NCBI GenBank assembly: GCA_963733175.1 | Contig: CAVTCL010000003.1 | Location: forward strand, 11,640-75,639 | DNA: 64,000 nt | Direction of reading: 5' to 3' | Source: an uncultured Actinomycetota bacterium | GTDB taxonomy: Bacteria > Actinomycetota > CALGFH01 | In this document: positions 39,205 to 56,434 of the stretch, piece after piece | Position numbering within the stretch: position 1 is the stretch's first letter | Layout of the letters: each line of letters begins with the position of its first letter | Notes under the pieces: generated by a model | What the model saw: only the letters and a program-made list of their open reading frames with translations | Told to the model about the DNA's origin: nothing | Databases searched by the model: none | Made by a program: the position numbers and the translations under genes

Positions 39205-39645
39205 ATGGACGAGGTGACGGTCGGGCTCGCGGCCCTTGAGCGGATGCCCCTGTTCGCGGGGCTCGACCGCGAGCACCTCGAGGCCGTCCTGGCGGTGGGA
39301 CGCCGGGCGTCGTACGAGGCCGGGCAGGCGATCGTGGAGCGGGGCGACCCGGGCGACGCCATGTACATCGTGCTCGGCGGGGCCGCCGAGGTGGACGTGG
39401 GCGGCCGCTTCCACCGGCTGGAGCGGGGCGACTTCTTCGGCGAGATGGCCGTGCTGGCGGGTAGGCCGCGGGAGGCGACCGTCCGGGCGGTCGAGCCGCT
39501 GGAGGCGCTGCGGATCCCGGCCGACGAGTTCCAGGCGTTCCTGGCCGGCAACCCCCAGGTCGCCGTGGGCATGCTCAAGAGCCTGGTCGAGCGCCTCCGG
39601 GAGGTGCAGGACCGGCTCGACACCTGGATCGGCGGGGTCTGGTAG
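39205..39645 (+). CDS. cyclic-nucleotide-binding domain protein
   Basis: ..LFAGLDREHLEAVLAVGRRASYEAGQAIVERGDPGDAMYIVLGGAAEV....GDFFGEMAVLAGRPREATVRAVEP; cNMP-binding PF00027; gggagga Shine-Dalgarno. Confidence 0.8.
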   Translation: MDEVTVGLAALERMPLFAGLDREHLEAVLAVGRRASYEAGQAIVERGDPGDAMYIVLGGAAEVDVGGRFHRLERGDFFGEMAVLAGRPREATVRAVEPLEALRIPADEFQAFLAGNPQVAVGMLKSLVERLREVQDRLDTWIGGVW

Positions 39646-39654
39646 CGGCCGGCG

Positions 39655-41461
39655 TCACTTGGCGTCGGCGTAGCAGTCGACCACGGCCACGCTCAGGGGG
39701 AACCGGACGGTGGTGTCGCCGAACACCAGGCGGCGGCTCTCCTCGGCGGCGTCGCCCACCGCGGCCGCCACCCGGTCGGCGTCCTGGCGCTGGCAGTGCA
39801 CCACCACCTCGTCGTGCTGGAAGAACACCAGGTGCGGACCGGTGGGCCGGTCGGGCGGGCCGAGCCCCTCGGGCCGGTCGGCCAGGCGGCGGCGGACGGC
39901 GGCCAGCAGCACCAGCGCCCAGTCGGCGGCGCTTGCCTGGACCACGAAGTTCCGGGTGAACCGCCCCCGGTCCCTGGCCGCCCGCCGCCGCGCCCCGGCC
40001 TCGGCATCGGCCTCGGCGGCGGGCTCGGGCGCGGCTGGCCTGGAGGTGGCGGTCAGCCAGGCGGTGGAGGGGGGTGGGCAGGTCCTGCCCAGGCGCGAGC
40101 GGACCAGGGCGCCCTCCTCGCCGGCCCTGGCCGCCGCCTCCACGTAGCCGACGGCGGCCGGGAAGCGCCGCCGCAGCACCGTCATCAGGGAGCCGACGTC
40201 GCCGCCGTACATGGCGGCCAGCAGGGCGGTCTTGGCCCGCGCCCGGTCGCCCGCGAAGGCGTCGGCGGCCAGGGCGGCGTAGAGGTCGCCGCCGGCCGCC
40301 GCCCGGGCCAGCCCGTCGTCGCCGGACAGGGCGGCCAGCACCCGCGGCTCGAGCTGGCTGGCGTCGGCGACCACGAAGGTCCAGCCCGGGTCGGCCACCA
40401 CCGCCCGGCGCAGGGCGTGGGGGATCTGGAGGGCGCCGCCGCCGCGCGTCGCCCAGCGGCCCGACACGACCCCGCCGGGCACGTACTCGGGCCGGAACCG
40501 GCCGCCCGCGACCCAGGCGTCCAGCCAGGTCCAGCCGTGGGCGGCGTGCAGCCGCGACAGCTCCTTGTAGGCCAGCAGCAGCGGCACGGCCGGGTGGTCG
40601 ACGGCGCGCAGGACATGGGACCGGGTCGAGGGCAGCGGCGTCCCGGCGTTGGCGAAGGCCCGCAGCACCTGGGCGGGCGAGTCGGGGTTGAGCGGCTGGC
40701 CGCCGAAGGCGGCGCCGATCTGGGCGGCCAGCTCGCCCAGCCGCCGCGGCGCGGTCCCGGCCCGGGGCCGGGGTCCGAGCAGCTCGCTGAGGATGGCGTC
40801 GTGCACCTCCGGCCGCCAGGGCAGCCCGGCCGCCCCCATCTCCCCCGCGGCCAGCGCCCCCGCCGACTCGGCCGCCACCAGCAGCTCAAGCCCCCGACGC
40901 TCCGGGGGACCGCCCGGCGGTCCCCCGGACCCTCCGGACTCTCCGGGGGACCACCCCGGCGGTCCCCCGGACCCCCCCGGGCCAGGCGGCGTTGCTGGTC
41001 GGCGTGGACGGCCACCACCCCCTCCAGCAGCTCGGCGGGGTCGGGCAGCCCGAGCAGGTGGTGGTCGAACAGGGCCGGCTGGCCGGCCGCCGGGCCCCAG
41101 CCGTCGGGGGCCGGCCGCCGGAGCCCCTGGCGGTGTCGTCGGGGACCGGCAGGCCGCGCAGGCGGGCCCAGGCGGCCGGGAACGAGCGCGGCTCGCCCCA
41201 GCGGCCGTCGGCGGCCAGGAGGATCCCCTCGGCCAGGGCCAGGTCGTGGCAGCGCTCGACCCGGACCCCGGCCCGCAGCAGCCCCGGGTACACCTCGGCG
41301 GTCGCCGCCCAGACCCAGCGTGGCCGCCCCGCCCGCTCCCGCTCGGCCACGGCCGCGGCCAGGTCCCGGACCGGCTCCGGCGGCCCCTGGGGCGTGCCGT
41401 CGTCGGCGACGGCCTGCAGCAGTCCCCCACCGTCCGCATCCACCACCACGGCGACCCGCAT
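39655..41461 (-). CDS. family-A (PolA-like) DNA polymerase domain protein with a degenerate N-terminal exonuclease-like region, apparent frameshifts
   Basis: C-terminal ..RARAKTALLAAMYGG.. (motif B-like) and ..VFFQHDEVVVHC.. (motif C); the N-terminal MRVAVVVDADGGGLLQAV... is in another frame; a Gly/Pro-rich repeat linker is encoded by a 41-bp tandem repeat. Confidence 0.65.
40902..40985. repeat. about 41-bp imperfect tandem direct repeat (2 copies) inside the polymerase-like coding region
   Basis: ccgggggaccgcccggcggtcccccggaccctccggactct / ccgggggaccaccccggcggtcccccggacccccccgggcc; encodes the ..GGPPGWSPGESGGSGGPPGGPP.. linker. Confidence 0.5.
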
Positions 41462-41493
41462 CGCGCCAGTCTGCCCGGACCCAGCGACAGCGG

Positions 41494-41709
41494 TCAGCGC
41501 TTGAGGATGACGAGCACCTGGCCGGGGACGATCTCGTCGGGGTCGGGGACGATGTCGCGGTTGAGCCGGGCGATCTCGGGCCAGCGGTTGGCGTCGCCCA
41601 GCTTCTTGGCGGCGATCCCCGACAGGGTGTCGCCCTTCTTGACCTTGTAGAGTCCGGTCGGCGGCTTGATCGGCGCGGCCCCGGGCCAGGGCCTCGTGGC
41701 CGAGGACAT
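41494..41709 (-). CDS. LysM domain protein
   Basis: ..LYKVKKGDTLSGIAAKKLGDANRWPEIARLNRDIVPDPDEIVPGQVLVI; LysM PF01476. Confidence 0.7.
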   Translation of the reverse strand: MSSATRPWPGAAPIKPPTGLYKVKKGDTLSGIAAKKLGDANRWPEIARLNRDIVPDPDEIVPGQVLVILKR

Positions 41710-41887
41710 GGCGGTTGTCCAGGTCGATCAGGGGCTGGAAGACCGGCTGCACGGCCCGCTCGTCCAGGACCCGGCGGAAGTCCTCCACCGTCGTCGGGGA
41801 GGGGTGGGAGACTCCAGGCGTCGTCATGGTGGTCTGATCGACCACCGGCGAGCCGAGGTTGAGCGACCCGACCACAAGGAGCGCGCG

Positions 41888-42662
41888 ATGAGCTTCGTCA
41901 CCGAGCAACCAGCCGGACGGCACCCCGACCTGGATCGACCTCGGCGTCCCCGACCTGGAGCGGGCGATGGCCTTCTACGGGGCCGTGTTCGGCTGGGAGT
42001 TCGAGGTCGGGACGCCCGAGACGATGCGCTACACCCAGTGCCTGCTGGGCGGGCGGCGGGTGGCGGGCCTGGCCGAGAACCCCGACCCGTCGGCCACCGC
42101 GTTCTGGTGGACCGTGTACCTGGCCACCGCCGACTGCGAGGCCACCGCCCGGCGGGTCACCGACGCCGGCGGCACCATCGTCATGGACCCGATGCAGGTC
42201 ATGGACCAGGGCAGCATGGCGATCGCCAAGGACCCCGTCGGGGCCCAGTTCGGCCTCTGGCAGGGCGGCGCCCACATCGGCTGCGAGGTCGTGAACGAGC
42301 CCGGTTCGCTGCTCCGCAACGACCTGGTCACCTCCGACCCCGAGCCCGCCCGGGCGTTCTACGCGGCCGTGTTCGACTTCACCCTCGACGGCAACCCGGA
42401 CCTGCCCGACTTCGACTTCACCTTCCTGCGCCGGCCCGACGGCCACGAGATCGGCGGGATCATGGGCGTCCCCGGCGTGCCGTCGGGCTGGACGACCCTG
42501 TTCGAGGTCGCCGACGCCGACGAGGCGGTCGCCAAGGCCGCCGAGGCCGGGGGCACCGCCGGCACCCCCGAGGACTTCGTCTACGGCCGCATGGCGACCA
42601 TCACCGACCCCTTCGGGGCCGAGTTCTCGGTGGGCTCCCGCCCGGCGGCTCAGCGGGGCTGA
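41888..42662 (+). CDS. VOC-family (glyoxalase/bleomycin-resistance/dioxygenase fold) protein, apparent frameshift
   Basis: MSFVTEQPAGRHP then a frame change (C4 run at about 41925) to ..TWIDLGVPDLERAMAFYGAVFGWEFEV...; two tandem VOC modules. Confidence 0.7.
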
Positions 42663-43799
42663 GCGTCCCGGGCGACCAGGAACCAGGTGACCAGCTCGCC
42701 CTTGCCCTTGACCTGGACCGGTCCCCGCCGCTCGAAGCGGTAGCCGTCCCGCAGCCGCCGGTAGGTCCGCTCGGTCACCTGGATGCAGCCGACCACCCCG
42801 CGCGACTCCATGCGGCTGGCCGTGTTCACGGTGTCGCCCCACAGGTCGTAGCTGAACTTGGTGGTGCCGATCACCCCGGCCACCACCGGGCCGGTGTCGA
42901 TGCCGATGCGCACGGCCAGGGGCTGGCCGGCCGGGTCGAGGTGGCGGGGGACCTCCTCGCGCACGGCCAGGGCCATCTCGGCCACCGCCTCGGCATGGTC
43001 GGGCCGGGGCTCGGGCAGCCCACCGACGGCCATGTAGGCATCCCCGATGGTCTTGATCTTCTCCAGCCCGTGGCGCTCGGCCAGCCGGTCGAGGGCCGAG
43101 AACAGGCCGTCGAGGACCTGCACCACCTGCTCCGGCGTGGTCTCCTGGCTGCGCCGGGTGAAGTCCACCAGGTCGGCGAAGAGCACGGTGACCTCCGGAG
43201 AACCCGTCGGCGATGACCGCCTCGCCCTGCTTGAGCCGGGCCGCGATCGGGGACGGCAGGACGTTCAGCAGCAGCCGCTCGGAGCGGTGCTGCTCGGCCA
43301 GCAGCAGGCGGCGGCCGCGCACCGCCTCCCCGAACAGCAGCACGGCGGCGAACATGGCGGCGCTCTGCATGGTCCCGCTGACCAGCGGCGCCAGCGGCTC
43401 GTCCCCCTCCCAGAGCTGGTAGAGGAGGTAGACGAGCGGCGCGAGCACGAACCAGACGACGATCGCCAGGGTCCAGCGCCGGTAGCCGGCGATCCAGGCG
43501 GTGGCCACCGCCACCGACAGCGGCACCGCGGGGAGGATGCCGGGATAGTTGGTCAGGCCGTAGAGCTGGAGGGCCGCCGCCGAGGCCAGCAGCACGGCCA
43601 GGGGCCAGCGCCGCCGGAACAGCACCAGGGCGGCGACGGTCAGCCCCAGGGTGTAGGCGCCGGGGGCGCGCCCGTCGCCGCGGGTCGAGGCCACGTCGAT
43701 CGCGGCCGTCACCGCCACGGCAAGGGCCAGGGCCAGCCCCGCGTCCACCACCGGCGCGGGCACCTGGCGCAGCCGCGACCACCAGGATGTCCCAGCCAT
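42650..43799 (-). CDS. membrane-anchored class III adenylate/guanylate cyclase, apparent frameshift
   Basis: The N-terminus has about six TM helices; C-terminal ..VTVLFADLVDFTRRSQ...KTIGDAYMAVGG...IGIDTGPVVAGVIG..WGDTVNTASRMES catalytic motifs; frame change at about 43195. Confidence 0.8.
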
Positions 43800-43850
43800 C
43801 TTCCCCGGTACGGTACCCCCGATGGGCGCGGCGGAGCCCGGGGCGGCGCC

Positions 43851-44741
43851 CTACAGCAGCGGGTAGGGGTCCCAGGCCGGGCCGGGGGCTGGGGCGCCCT
43901 CCTCGACCACGACGGCCTCGATCAGGCCGTAGGGGCGGTCGTCGGCGTGGAAGACCTCGTTGTCATTGGCCAGCCCGAAGGGCGACAGGTCGACCACGAA
44001 GTGGTGCTTGTTCGGCATCGACATGCGCACCTCGACCACCTCGGGGCGGGTGGTGATGGCCGCGGTGGCCATGGCGTACAGGCTCTGCTGGAGCGACAGG
44101 CTGTGGGTGGTGGCGAAGGCCTCCAGCATGAGCTGGCGGGTGTCGGCGAAGGACTTGGCCCAGTCGACGTCCAGGGTGCCGTGGCGCCACTGGGCGGTGA
44201 CCGCGGTGGCCAGGATGCGGTCGGTGGTCTCCTTGAGGGTGGTGTAGCGGTCCTTGATGTAGCCGGTGAACTCCGACCCGGTCGACTTGAGGACCACCAG
44301 GTCGCCGAGGCCGGAGACGACCCAGGCCCGGCCCTCCTCGGCCACCACCGTTGCCGTGCGCCGCTCGGCGCTGGACCGCAGGAAGGCGTGGTCGTGGGGG
44401 GCGCCGCCGACCTCGATCCTGGCCCACGGGTACTCCTCCAGGTGCACCCGGGCCCGGGTGATGGTCTCGAAGTCGTCCACGAAGTGGCGGGCCAGCCGCA
44501 GCCCGAACTCCTCGATCTCACCGACCGGCGCCTCCTTGGCGAAGGCGTAGACGGTGTTCTTCTGGGTGTCGGTCGGGACCACGTTGGCGTTGTCGCCGGT
44601 CAGGTGCACGTCGGCCATGTCGCCGGACAGGGTGACGCCGACGTTGAGGTCCTTGAGCTCGTGGCGGTCGCCGTCCCTGGTGACGCGGACCATGCGCGTC
44701 TCCGCCTTGCCATACTGGTTGTGTCCGAGCGCGACGGCCAT
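43851..44741 (-). CDS. urate oxidase (uricase)
   Basis: 296 aa MAVALGHNQYGKAETRMVRV...T8-barrel uricase signature ..VLKSTGSEFTGYIKDRYTTL.. Confidence 0.85.
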   Translation of the reverse strand: MAVALGHNQYGKAETRMVRVTRDGDRHELKDLNVGVTLSGDMADVHLTGDNANVVPTDTQKNTVYAFAKEAPVGEIEEFGLRLARHFVDDFETITRARVHLEEYPWARIEVGGAPHDHAFLRSSAERRTATVVAEEGRAWVVSGLGDLVVLKSTGSEFTGYIKDRYTTLKETTDRILATAVTAQWRHGTLDVDWAKSFADTRQLMLEAFATTHSLSLQQSLYAMATAAITTRPEVVEVRMSMPNKHHFVVDLSPFGLANDNEVFHADDRPYGLIEAVVVEEGAPAPGPAWDPYPLL

Positions 44742-44825
44742 CCCGTTCCCCTCCGTTCTCGTCTTCCACAGGGCGAGAAGGGTATTCTGTCATACGGGAG
44801 AAGGCCGGCCTAGGGTACTGTTCAT

Positions 44826-50804
<5,979 letters not shown>

Positions 50805-50808
<4 letters not shown>

Positions 50809-51728
50809 CCCTTGGTCGCGCCCAGGGTCAGGCCGGCCACGAACTGCTTCTGGAGCAGGAAGAACACCACCAGGACGGGGATGGCGACGACGACCGACCC
50901 GGCCGAGAGCAGGTTGTAGTCGGTGAAGAACTGGCCCCGGAGGTTGGTGAGGGAGCTGGTGATGGGGAACTTGTCGCCGGACTGCATCAGCACCGTGGCC
51001 CAGTAGAACTCGTTGTAGATCCAGGTCACCTGGAGGGTGGCCAGCGCGGCCAGGGCCGGCCGGCACAGGGGCAGGGTGATGCGGAAGAACTGGGTGGGGA
51101 CGCCGGCCCCGTCGACCCGGGCCGCCTCGAACATCTCGTGCGGCAGGGCCTTCATGTAGTTGCTGAGCACGAAGGTGCAGAAGCCCGTCTGGAAGGCGAC
51201 GTTGACCAGGATCAGCCCCCAGAAGCTGTCCAGCAGCTGCCCCGAGTCGCTCATCCACAGCGGCAGCGGGACCTCGCGGTAGAGCCGGAACAGCGGGATC
51301 AGCAGCGCCTGCTGGGGCAGCAGGTTGGCCGCGGTGAACAGCCCGAGCAGGACCAGGTTGAACCGGAAGCTGAAGCGGGCCACCACGAAGGCCACGCAGG
51401 AGGCGAGGAACAGCGTGATCAGCACCGCGGGCACGGTGATGATACAGCGAGTTGAGGAAGTGGCGGGTGAACTCGCCCTGCTCCCAGGCGTTCAGGTAGT
51501 TCTGGAAGGTGAACCCGCCCAGGGACACGTAGCCGTTGCTCCGAGGTGTAGTCGTAGTCGCGGAAGGAGTTGAGCACCGCCCACACCACCGGGAACAGCC
51601 AGGCCAGGGCGGTCAGCGATGAGGAAGACGTGAGCACGACCCGCCCGGCGGCGAGGCGGCCGCCGCCTGGCCTCGGCGGCGGTCGCTCCGGGTCGCGTGG
51701 CGCCGCGGGTGACGGTGGCGCTGGTCAT
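50805..51728 (-). CDS. carbohydrate ABC transporter permease (MalG-like), about three apparent frameshifts
   Basis: The C-terminal 209 aa are intact (..EAARVDGAGVPTQFFRITLP.. EAA loop); N-terminal pieces (MTSATVTRGA.. / ..LTALAWLFPVVWAVLNSFRDYDYTSE / GYVSLGGFTFQNYLNAWEQGEFTRHFLNSL) lie in three frames. Confidence 0.7.
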
Positions 51729-52664
51729 CGCCGCTCCCCCCGCATGACGGTGGACAGGAAGATGGTGATGAACACCAGCGAGATCACCAGCATGATGGTG
51801 GCCAGCGCCGAGCCGAAGCCGATCCGGCTCGCCTCGCCGACGACGTTGGCGGTGACCAGGGTCGAGATCAGCTCCAGGCCGTTGGTGCCCTTGTTGATCA
51901 CCCAGACGATGTCGAAGGCCCGCAGCGCCTCGATCACCGTGACCACGAGGACGATGATGTTGATGGGGCGCATCACCGGGAACACGACCGAGAAGAAGGT
52001 CCTGGCCTGGCTGGCGCCGTCCACCGCGGCCGCCTCCCGCAGCGAGGGGTCGACGCCCTTCAGCCCGGCCAGGTACAGCAGCATGATGTAGCCGGCGTGC
52101 TTCCAGCCGGCGGCCACCAGCACCGCCCAGAGGTTGACGTTGGAGTCGCCGTACCAGTCGATCTGGGTGCCGAGCACGGCGTTGAGCAGCCCCTGGTCGC
52201 GCGAGTAGATGAGCTGCCAGATGAACCCGACCAGGGCCAGCGACAGCACCACCGGCAGGAAGAGCGCCGTCTGGTAGAAGCGGGTCCCGCGCAGCTCCCG
52301 GTCCAGCAGCACGGCCAGGAAGATCCCGAGCAGGGTGGGGATGACGAACAGGAACACCAGCCAGATCAGGTTGTGCTGGAGGGCCGGCTCGAACGGCGGG
52401 TAGATGGTGAAGACGTTGACGTAGTTCTCGGTCCCGATCCACTCGATGGTGTCCAGGCCGCCGACGCCGGTCCAGCTGGCGAACGACAGCACCACCGAGG
52501 CGATCGCGGGCAGCCAGACCAGGCCCACGACCAGGGCCGTGGGGATGGCCACCATCAGGACCAGGAAGATCCGGTCGGTGCCGGTCGCCTGGACGCGGCG
52601 GCCGCGCCGCGGCCGGGCCGGCGGCGCGGCGCCGCCTCGGCGGGCGCGGCCGGGACGGTCGGCA
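51725..52664 (-). CDS. carbohydrate ABC transporter permease (MalF-like), apparent frameshift near the 5' end
   Basis: 276 aa core with ..LREAAAVDGASQARTFFSVVFPV.. EAA loop; the N-terminus MTDLPTVPAAPAEAAP.. is in another frame; ggaaggagg Shine-Dalgarno; ATGA overlap with the downstream permease. Confidence 0.75.
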
Positions 52665-52693
52665 GGTCGGTCATCGGCGCCTCCTTCCCGGTC

Positions 52694-54039
52694 TCAGGAG
52701 GTGAAGATCGACTTCTTCTGGCTCTCCAGGCTCTTGGTCAGGCCGTCGACGTCGTCGGGGTTCTTGAGGAAGGTCTGGAGGCCGGGGATCATGACCGTCG
52801 AGGCGAAGTCGGGCCGGGTGTCGCGGTCCAGGAACTGGGCGATCGACTCGGCCGAGCCGATGAACTCGACCGCCTTCTTCTGCAGCCCGGTGTAGGCGCT
52901 GGTGTCGGCCTCGCTGCTGGCCCCGATGACGGTGGGGTCGGCCTTGAGGAGCGATGTTCTCGGCCTCGGCGGTGCCGAGGTACTTGAGGAGCTGCCTTGG
53001 CGCCCTCCTCGTTCTTGGGCTCGGCGCGCATCATGAAGCCGTCGATCGGGGCCTCGATCGCGCCCGTGCCGATGGCCGGGTCGATCTCGGGGAAGGCGAA
53101 GAAGTCGAGGTCGTCCTGCTCGGCGCCTCTCGGGGAACTGCTGGCCGACGAACATGCCCAGCAGGTACATGCCCGACTCCTTCTTCTGCAGCGACTGGGC
53201 CGCCTCCTGCCACTCGCGCCCCAGGGCGTCCTCCTGGTGGTAGGGCAGCAGCCCCCGCCAGGTGTCGAACACCTTCTTGACCTGCGGCGAGTCCCAGGCC
53301 TCCTTGCCGGCCATCAGGTCGACGTGGAACTGGTAGCCGTTGATGCGCAGGTTGAGCTGGTCGAAGGTGCCCATCGCCGGCCAGCCGTCCTTGTCGGCGA
53401 AGGCGATCGGGACCAGGCCGTCCTTCTGCATCTGCTTGGACAGGGTGACCAGCTCGTCGAGGGTCGTCGGGGGGCTCGTAGCCCTTCTCCTCCCAGACCG
53501 ACTTGCGGTAGAACAGCGCCCACGGGTAGGTGGTCAGGGGCACGAAGTACTGCTTGCCGTCGTCGCCGGTGGAGGCCTGCCTTCAGCGCCTCGCTCATGC
53601 CGGAGATGCCGCCCCAGACGTCGCTGATGTCGCCGGCCAGGCCCTGGGCGGCGAAGAACCGCATCCGGTAGCCGGCGAACCAGGTGAACACGTCGTCGGG
53701 GTTGCCCTGCAGGTAGTTGTTGATGTTCTCCTGGAAGGTCTCGTGGTCGACGGTGTTGACCTTCACGGTCAGCCCCGAGGCCGCCAGCATGTCGGCGTAG
53801 GCCTTCTTGGGCACCTCGTCGGACTGGTTGGAGCCGAAGGTCACCTCCTGGGAGGCGCTGCCGCCACCACCGCCGCCGTCGTCGCCGCCACCGCAGGCCG
53901 CGAGCAGGCTGGAGAGCGACAGGGCCGCCCCGGCGCCCAGGGTGCCCTTGAGGAAGCCGCGACGGCTGAGGCCGGCCGCCGCCACCGACGGCGGGATGAG
54001 ACGGGCCAGGTACTCGGACTCCGACCGGGGACGGGACAT
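52694..54039 (-). CDS. ABC transporter substrate-binding lipoprotein (sugar), multiple apparent frameshifts
   Basis: MSRPRSESEYLARLIPPSVAAAGLSRRGFLKGTLGAGAALSLSSLLAACGG.. Tat/lipobox; the mature-domain pieces lie in three frames (ORFs 53314.., 53031.., 52694..). Confidence 0.7.
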
Positions 54040-54047
54040 GTCGCCTC

Positions 54048-54923
54048 CTAGCGTGGCGCTCGGGCGCCGTGGTCGTGGACCGGGGACGGTGGTGCGGTCG
54101 TTCGGGCCTCGCCGGCGTACTCCACCTGGCAGCCGGCGGCGGCGATCTCGGCCACCACCTCGGGGTCGGCGGTGGGGTCGGTGATCAGAAGGCTCACCTC
54201 CTCGATGTCGCACACCTTGGCCAGCTCGACCTCGCCGATCTTGGAGCCGTCGGCGACGATCACCCGGCGCCGGGCGGCCAGCAGCATGGCACGTTTGACC
54301 TCCGCCTCGGGCAGGTTGACGTTGGTGATCCCGACCTCGGGGTCGACGCCGTTGCAGCCGACGAAGGCCACCGCGGCGTGCAGGCGCTCCAGCAGGGTCG
54401 TGCCCAGCGGGTTGACCAGCGAGTGCTGGAGGGGGCGCAGGGTGCCGCCGGTGACCACCACGCTGATGCGGGGGGTGGCCCGCTCCAGCTCGAGGGCGAT
54501 GTTCAGCCCGTTGGTGACGACGGTGACGTCGTGCAGCTCGGTCCGGAGCACCAGCGCGCGGGCGATGGCGGTGGTGGTCGTGCCCACGTCCAGGATCACG
54601 GTGTCGCCGGCGGCGATCATCCCGGCGGCGTGCACACCGATGCTGGACTTCTGCAGCGGCGCCTCCCACTGCGACGATTCGAAGGGCCGCTCCCCCAGCA
54701 GCCCCGACGGCGGCACCGCCCCGCCGCGGACCCGCCGGACCCGCGCCCTGGCCTCCAGCGCGGTCAGGTCGGCCCGGACCGTGACCGCCGACACCCCGAA
54801 CCGGCCGGCCAGGTCGGTGACCCGCGCGAACCCCTCGTCCCAGATGATCCCGGCCATGCGCGCCTGGCGCACCTCCGCGAGCGGGTTCAGCTCGGAGACG
54901 CCATCGCCTGGCCGGTCGCCCAC
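54048..54923 (-). CDS. DeoR/GlpR-family transcriptional regulator
   Basis: N-terminal helix-turn-helix ..FARVTDLAGRFGVSAVTVRADLTALEA.. plus a C-terminal DeoR sugar-phosphate-binding domain (..VADGSKIGEVELAKV..). Confidence 0.8.
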   Translation of the reverse strand: MGDRPGDGVSELNPLAEVRQARMAGIIWDEGFARVTDLAGRFGVSAVTVRADLTALEARARVRRVRGGAVPPSGLLGERPFESSQWEAPLQKSSIGVHAAGMIAAGDTVILDVGTTTTAIARALVLRTELHDVTVVTNGLNIALELERATPRISVVVTGGTLRPLQHSLVNPLGTTLLERLHAAVAFVGCNGVDPEVGITNVNLPEAEVKRAMLLAARRRVIVADGSKIGEVELAKVCDIEEVSLLITDPTADPEVVAEIAAAGCQVEYAGEARTTAPPSPVHDHGARAPR

Positions 54924-55030
54924 CTCTGCCCTCCCACCGGGGACAGTCCACCTGTCCGCCCATTGCGAACGCTTACGCGAGGTATGTCAAGTCTTCGCTG
55001 TCGTTCGCATTCCGCAAGTGCGGTGGCGGG

Positions 55031-56434
55031 TCAGGCGGGCCCGGGGGCCGGGGGGATGTTCTGGTTGCGGCGGAACAGGTTGCCCGGGTCGTAGCGGCGC
55101 TTGACCTCGACCAGCCGGTCCCAGGTGGGGCCGGGGTAGGCCTCGCGGACCCGCTCGGGCCCCTCGTCGCTGAGGAAGTTGACGTAGACGCCGGGGCGGC
55201 TGTCCCGGCGCAGCGCCGCCGCGAAGCCGTCGGCCCAGGCATGGTGGACGGGCCGGTCGGCGGCGTGCTCGTAGATGCAGCCGACCGCGGCCATGAACCT
55301 CCGGTCGCGGTGGGCGAAGGCGGTCGCCTCGGCCGGCACCCGGGCCATGGCCCCGCCGAGCACCCGCAGCTGGGCCACGGCCATGGGGGCGGTCGAGGCC
55401 CGCAGGTGCTCGACCACGGCCTCGGCGGCGGCGCGGTCGAAGCGGTCCAGGAACAGCGACCGGGCCGACTCCTCGACCACCTCGATCTCCTCGGCGGGCT
55501 CGAACAGGCCGGCGTACGGCATGGGCTGGACCATGTCGGCGATCGGCTCGGCCAGGGCCCGGAACGGGGCCAGCGCCCGCTCCCCGGCCTCGGCCTCGCC
55601 GGCATAGGCCAGCAGGGCCATCACCACCAGCTGGCCGTGGGCCTGCTCCGGCACGGACGGCATCGGCGGGGCGACCATGACGTTGGCGATGCCCGACAGC
55701 TCCTCGGGCGCCGCCTCGGCCGCGGCCACCAGCCCCTCGATCACCTCGGGGCTGCCCGGCAGCAGCAGCATCCCGCCCACGATCGAGGGCAGCTCGTGCA
55801 GCCGGAACCTGAGCCGGGTGGCCACCCCGAAGTTCCCCCCACCACCCCGGATCGCCCAGAACAGCTCCGGGTGCTGGTCGTCATCGACCGCCAGGACCTG
55901 GCCGTCGGCGGTCACCAGCTCGGCCGCGAGCAGGCTGTCGATGGTCAGCCCGTGCTTGCGGACCAGGAACCCGATCCCGCCGCCCAGGGTGAGCCCGCCG
56001 ATCCCGACCGAGCCGGTGTCGCCGAACCCGGTGGCCAGCCCGTGGGCGCCGACGGCGGCGGTGTAGGCGCCGGCGGTCAGCCCGCCCTGGGCCCAGGCGG
56101 TGCGTCCCTCCAGGTCGATGTCCAGGGCCGTCATCGCCGACAGGTCGAGCACGATCCCACCCTCGCTGGTGCTGTGCCCGGCCAGGCTGTGGCCGCCGCC
56201 GCGCACCGCCAGCTCCACCCCGGTGTCGGCGGCCAGCGCCACGACCCGCGCCACCTCGGTCGGCGTCTGGACGGCCGCACCACGGCCGCCGGCCGCCGGT
56301 CGAACTTGCCGTAGAAGACCTTGCGGGCCTGGTCGTAGCCGGGGTCGCCGGGGGCGACCACCCGCCCGTCGAAGCGGTCGCGGAGCCGGGGGATCGAGAT
56401 GGAGGTGGTGGACGAGAAGGACAAGAGAGCACTC
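55031..56434 (-). CDS. FAD-binding oxidoreductase (VAO/PCMH / BBE-like), copy 2, apparent frameshift
   Basis: ..VVALAADTGVELAVRGGGHSLAGHSTSEGGIVLDLS...GGLTLGGGIGFLVRKHGLTIDSLLAAELVTADG..GGGGNFGVATRLRF..; the N-terminal ..IPRLRDRFDGRVVAPGDPGYDQARKVFYGKFDRRPAAVV is in another frame; putative TTG start. Confidence 0.7.
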   Translation of the reverse strand, partial: ECSLVLLVHHLHLDPPAPRPLRRAGGRPRRPRLRPGPQGLLRQVRPAAGGRGAAVQTPTEVARVVALAADTGVELAVRGGGHSLAGHSTSEGGIVLDLSAMTALDIDLEGRTAWAQGGLTAGAYTAAVGAHGLATGFGDTGSVGIGGLTLGGGIGFLVRKHGLTIDSLLAAELVTADGQVLAVDDDQHPELFWAIRGGGGNFGVATRLRFRLHELPSIVGGMLLLPGSPEVIEGLVAAAEAAPEELSGIANVMVAPPMPSVPEQAHGQLVVMALLAYAGEAEAGERALAPFRALAEPIADMVQPMPYAGLFEPAEEIEVVEESARSLFLDRFDRAAAEAVVEHLRASTAPMAVAQLRVLGGAMARVPAEATAFAHRDRRFMAAVGCIYEHAADRPVHHAWADGFAAALRRDSRPGVYVNFLSDEGPERVREAYPGPTWDRLVEVKRRYDPGNLFRRNQNIPPAPGPA

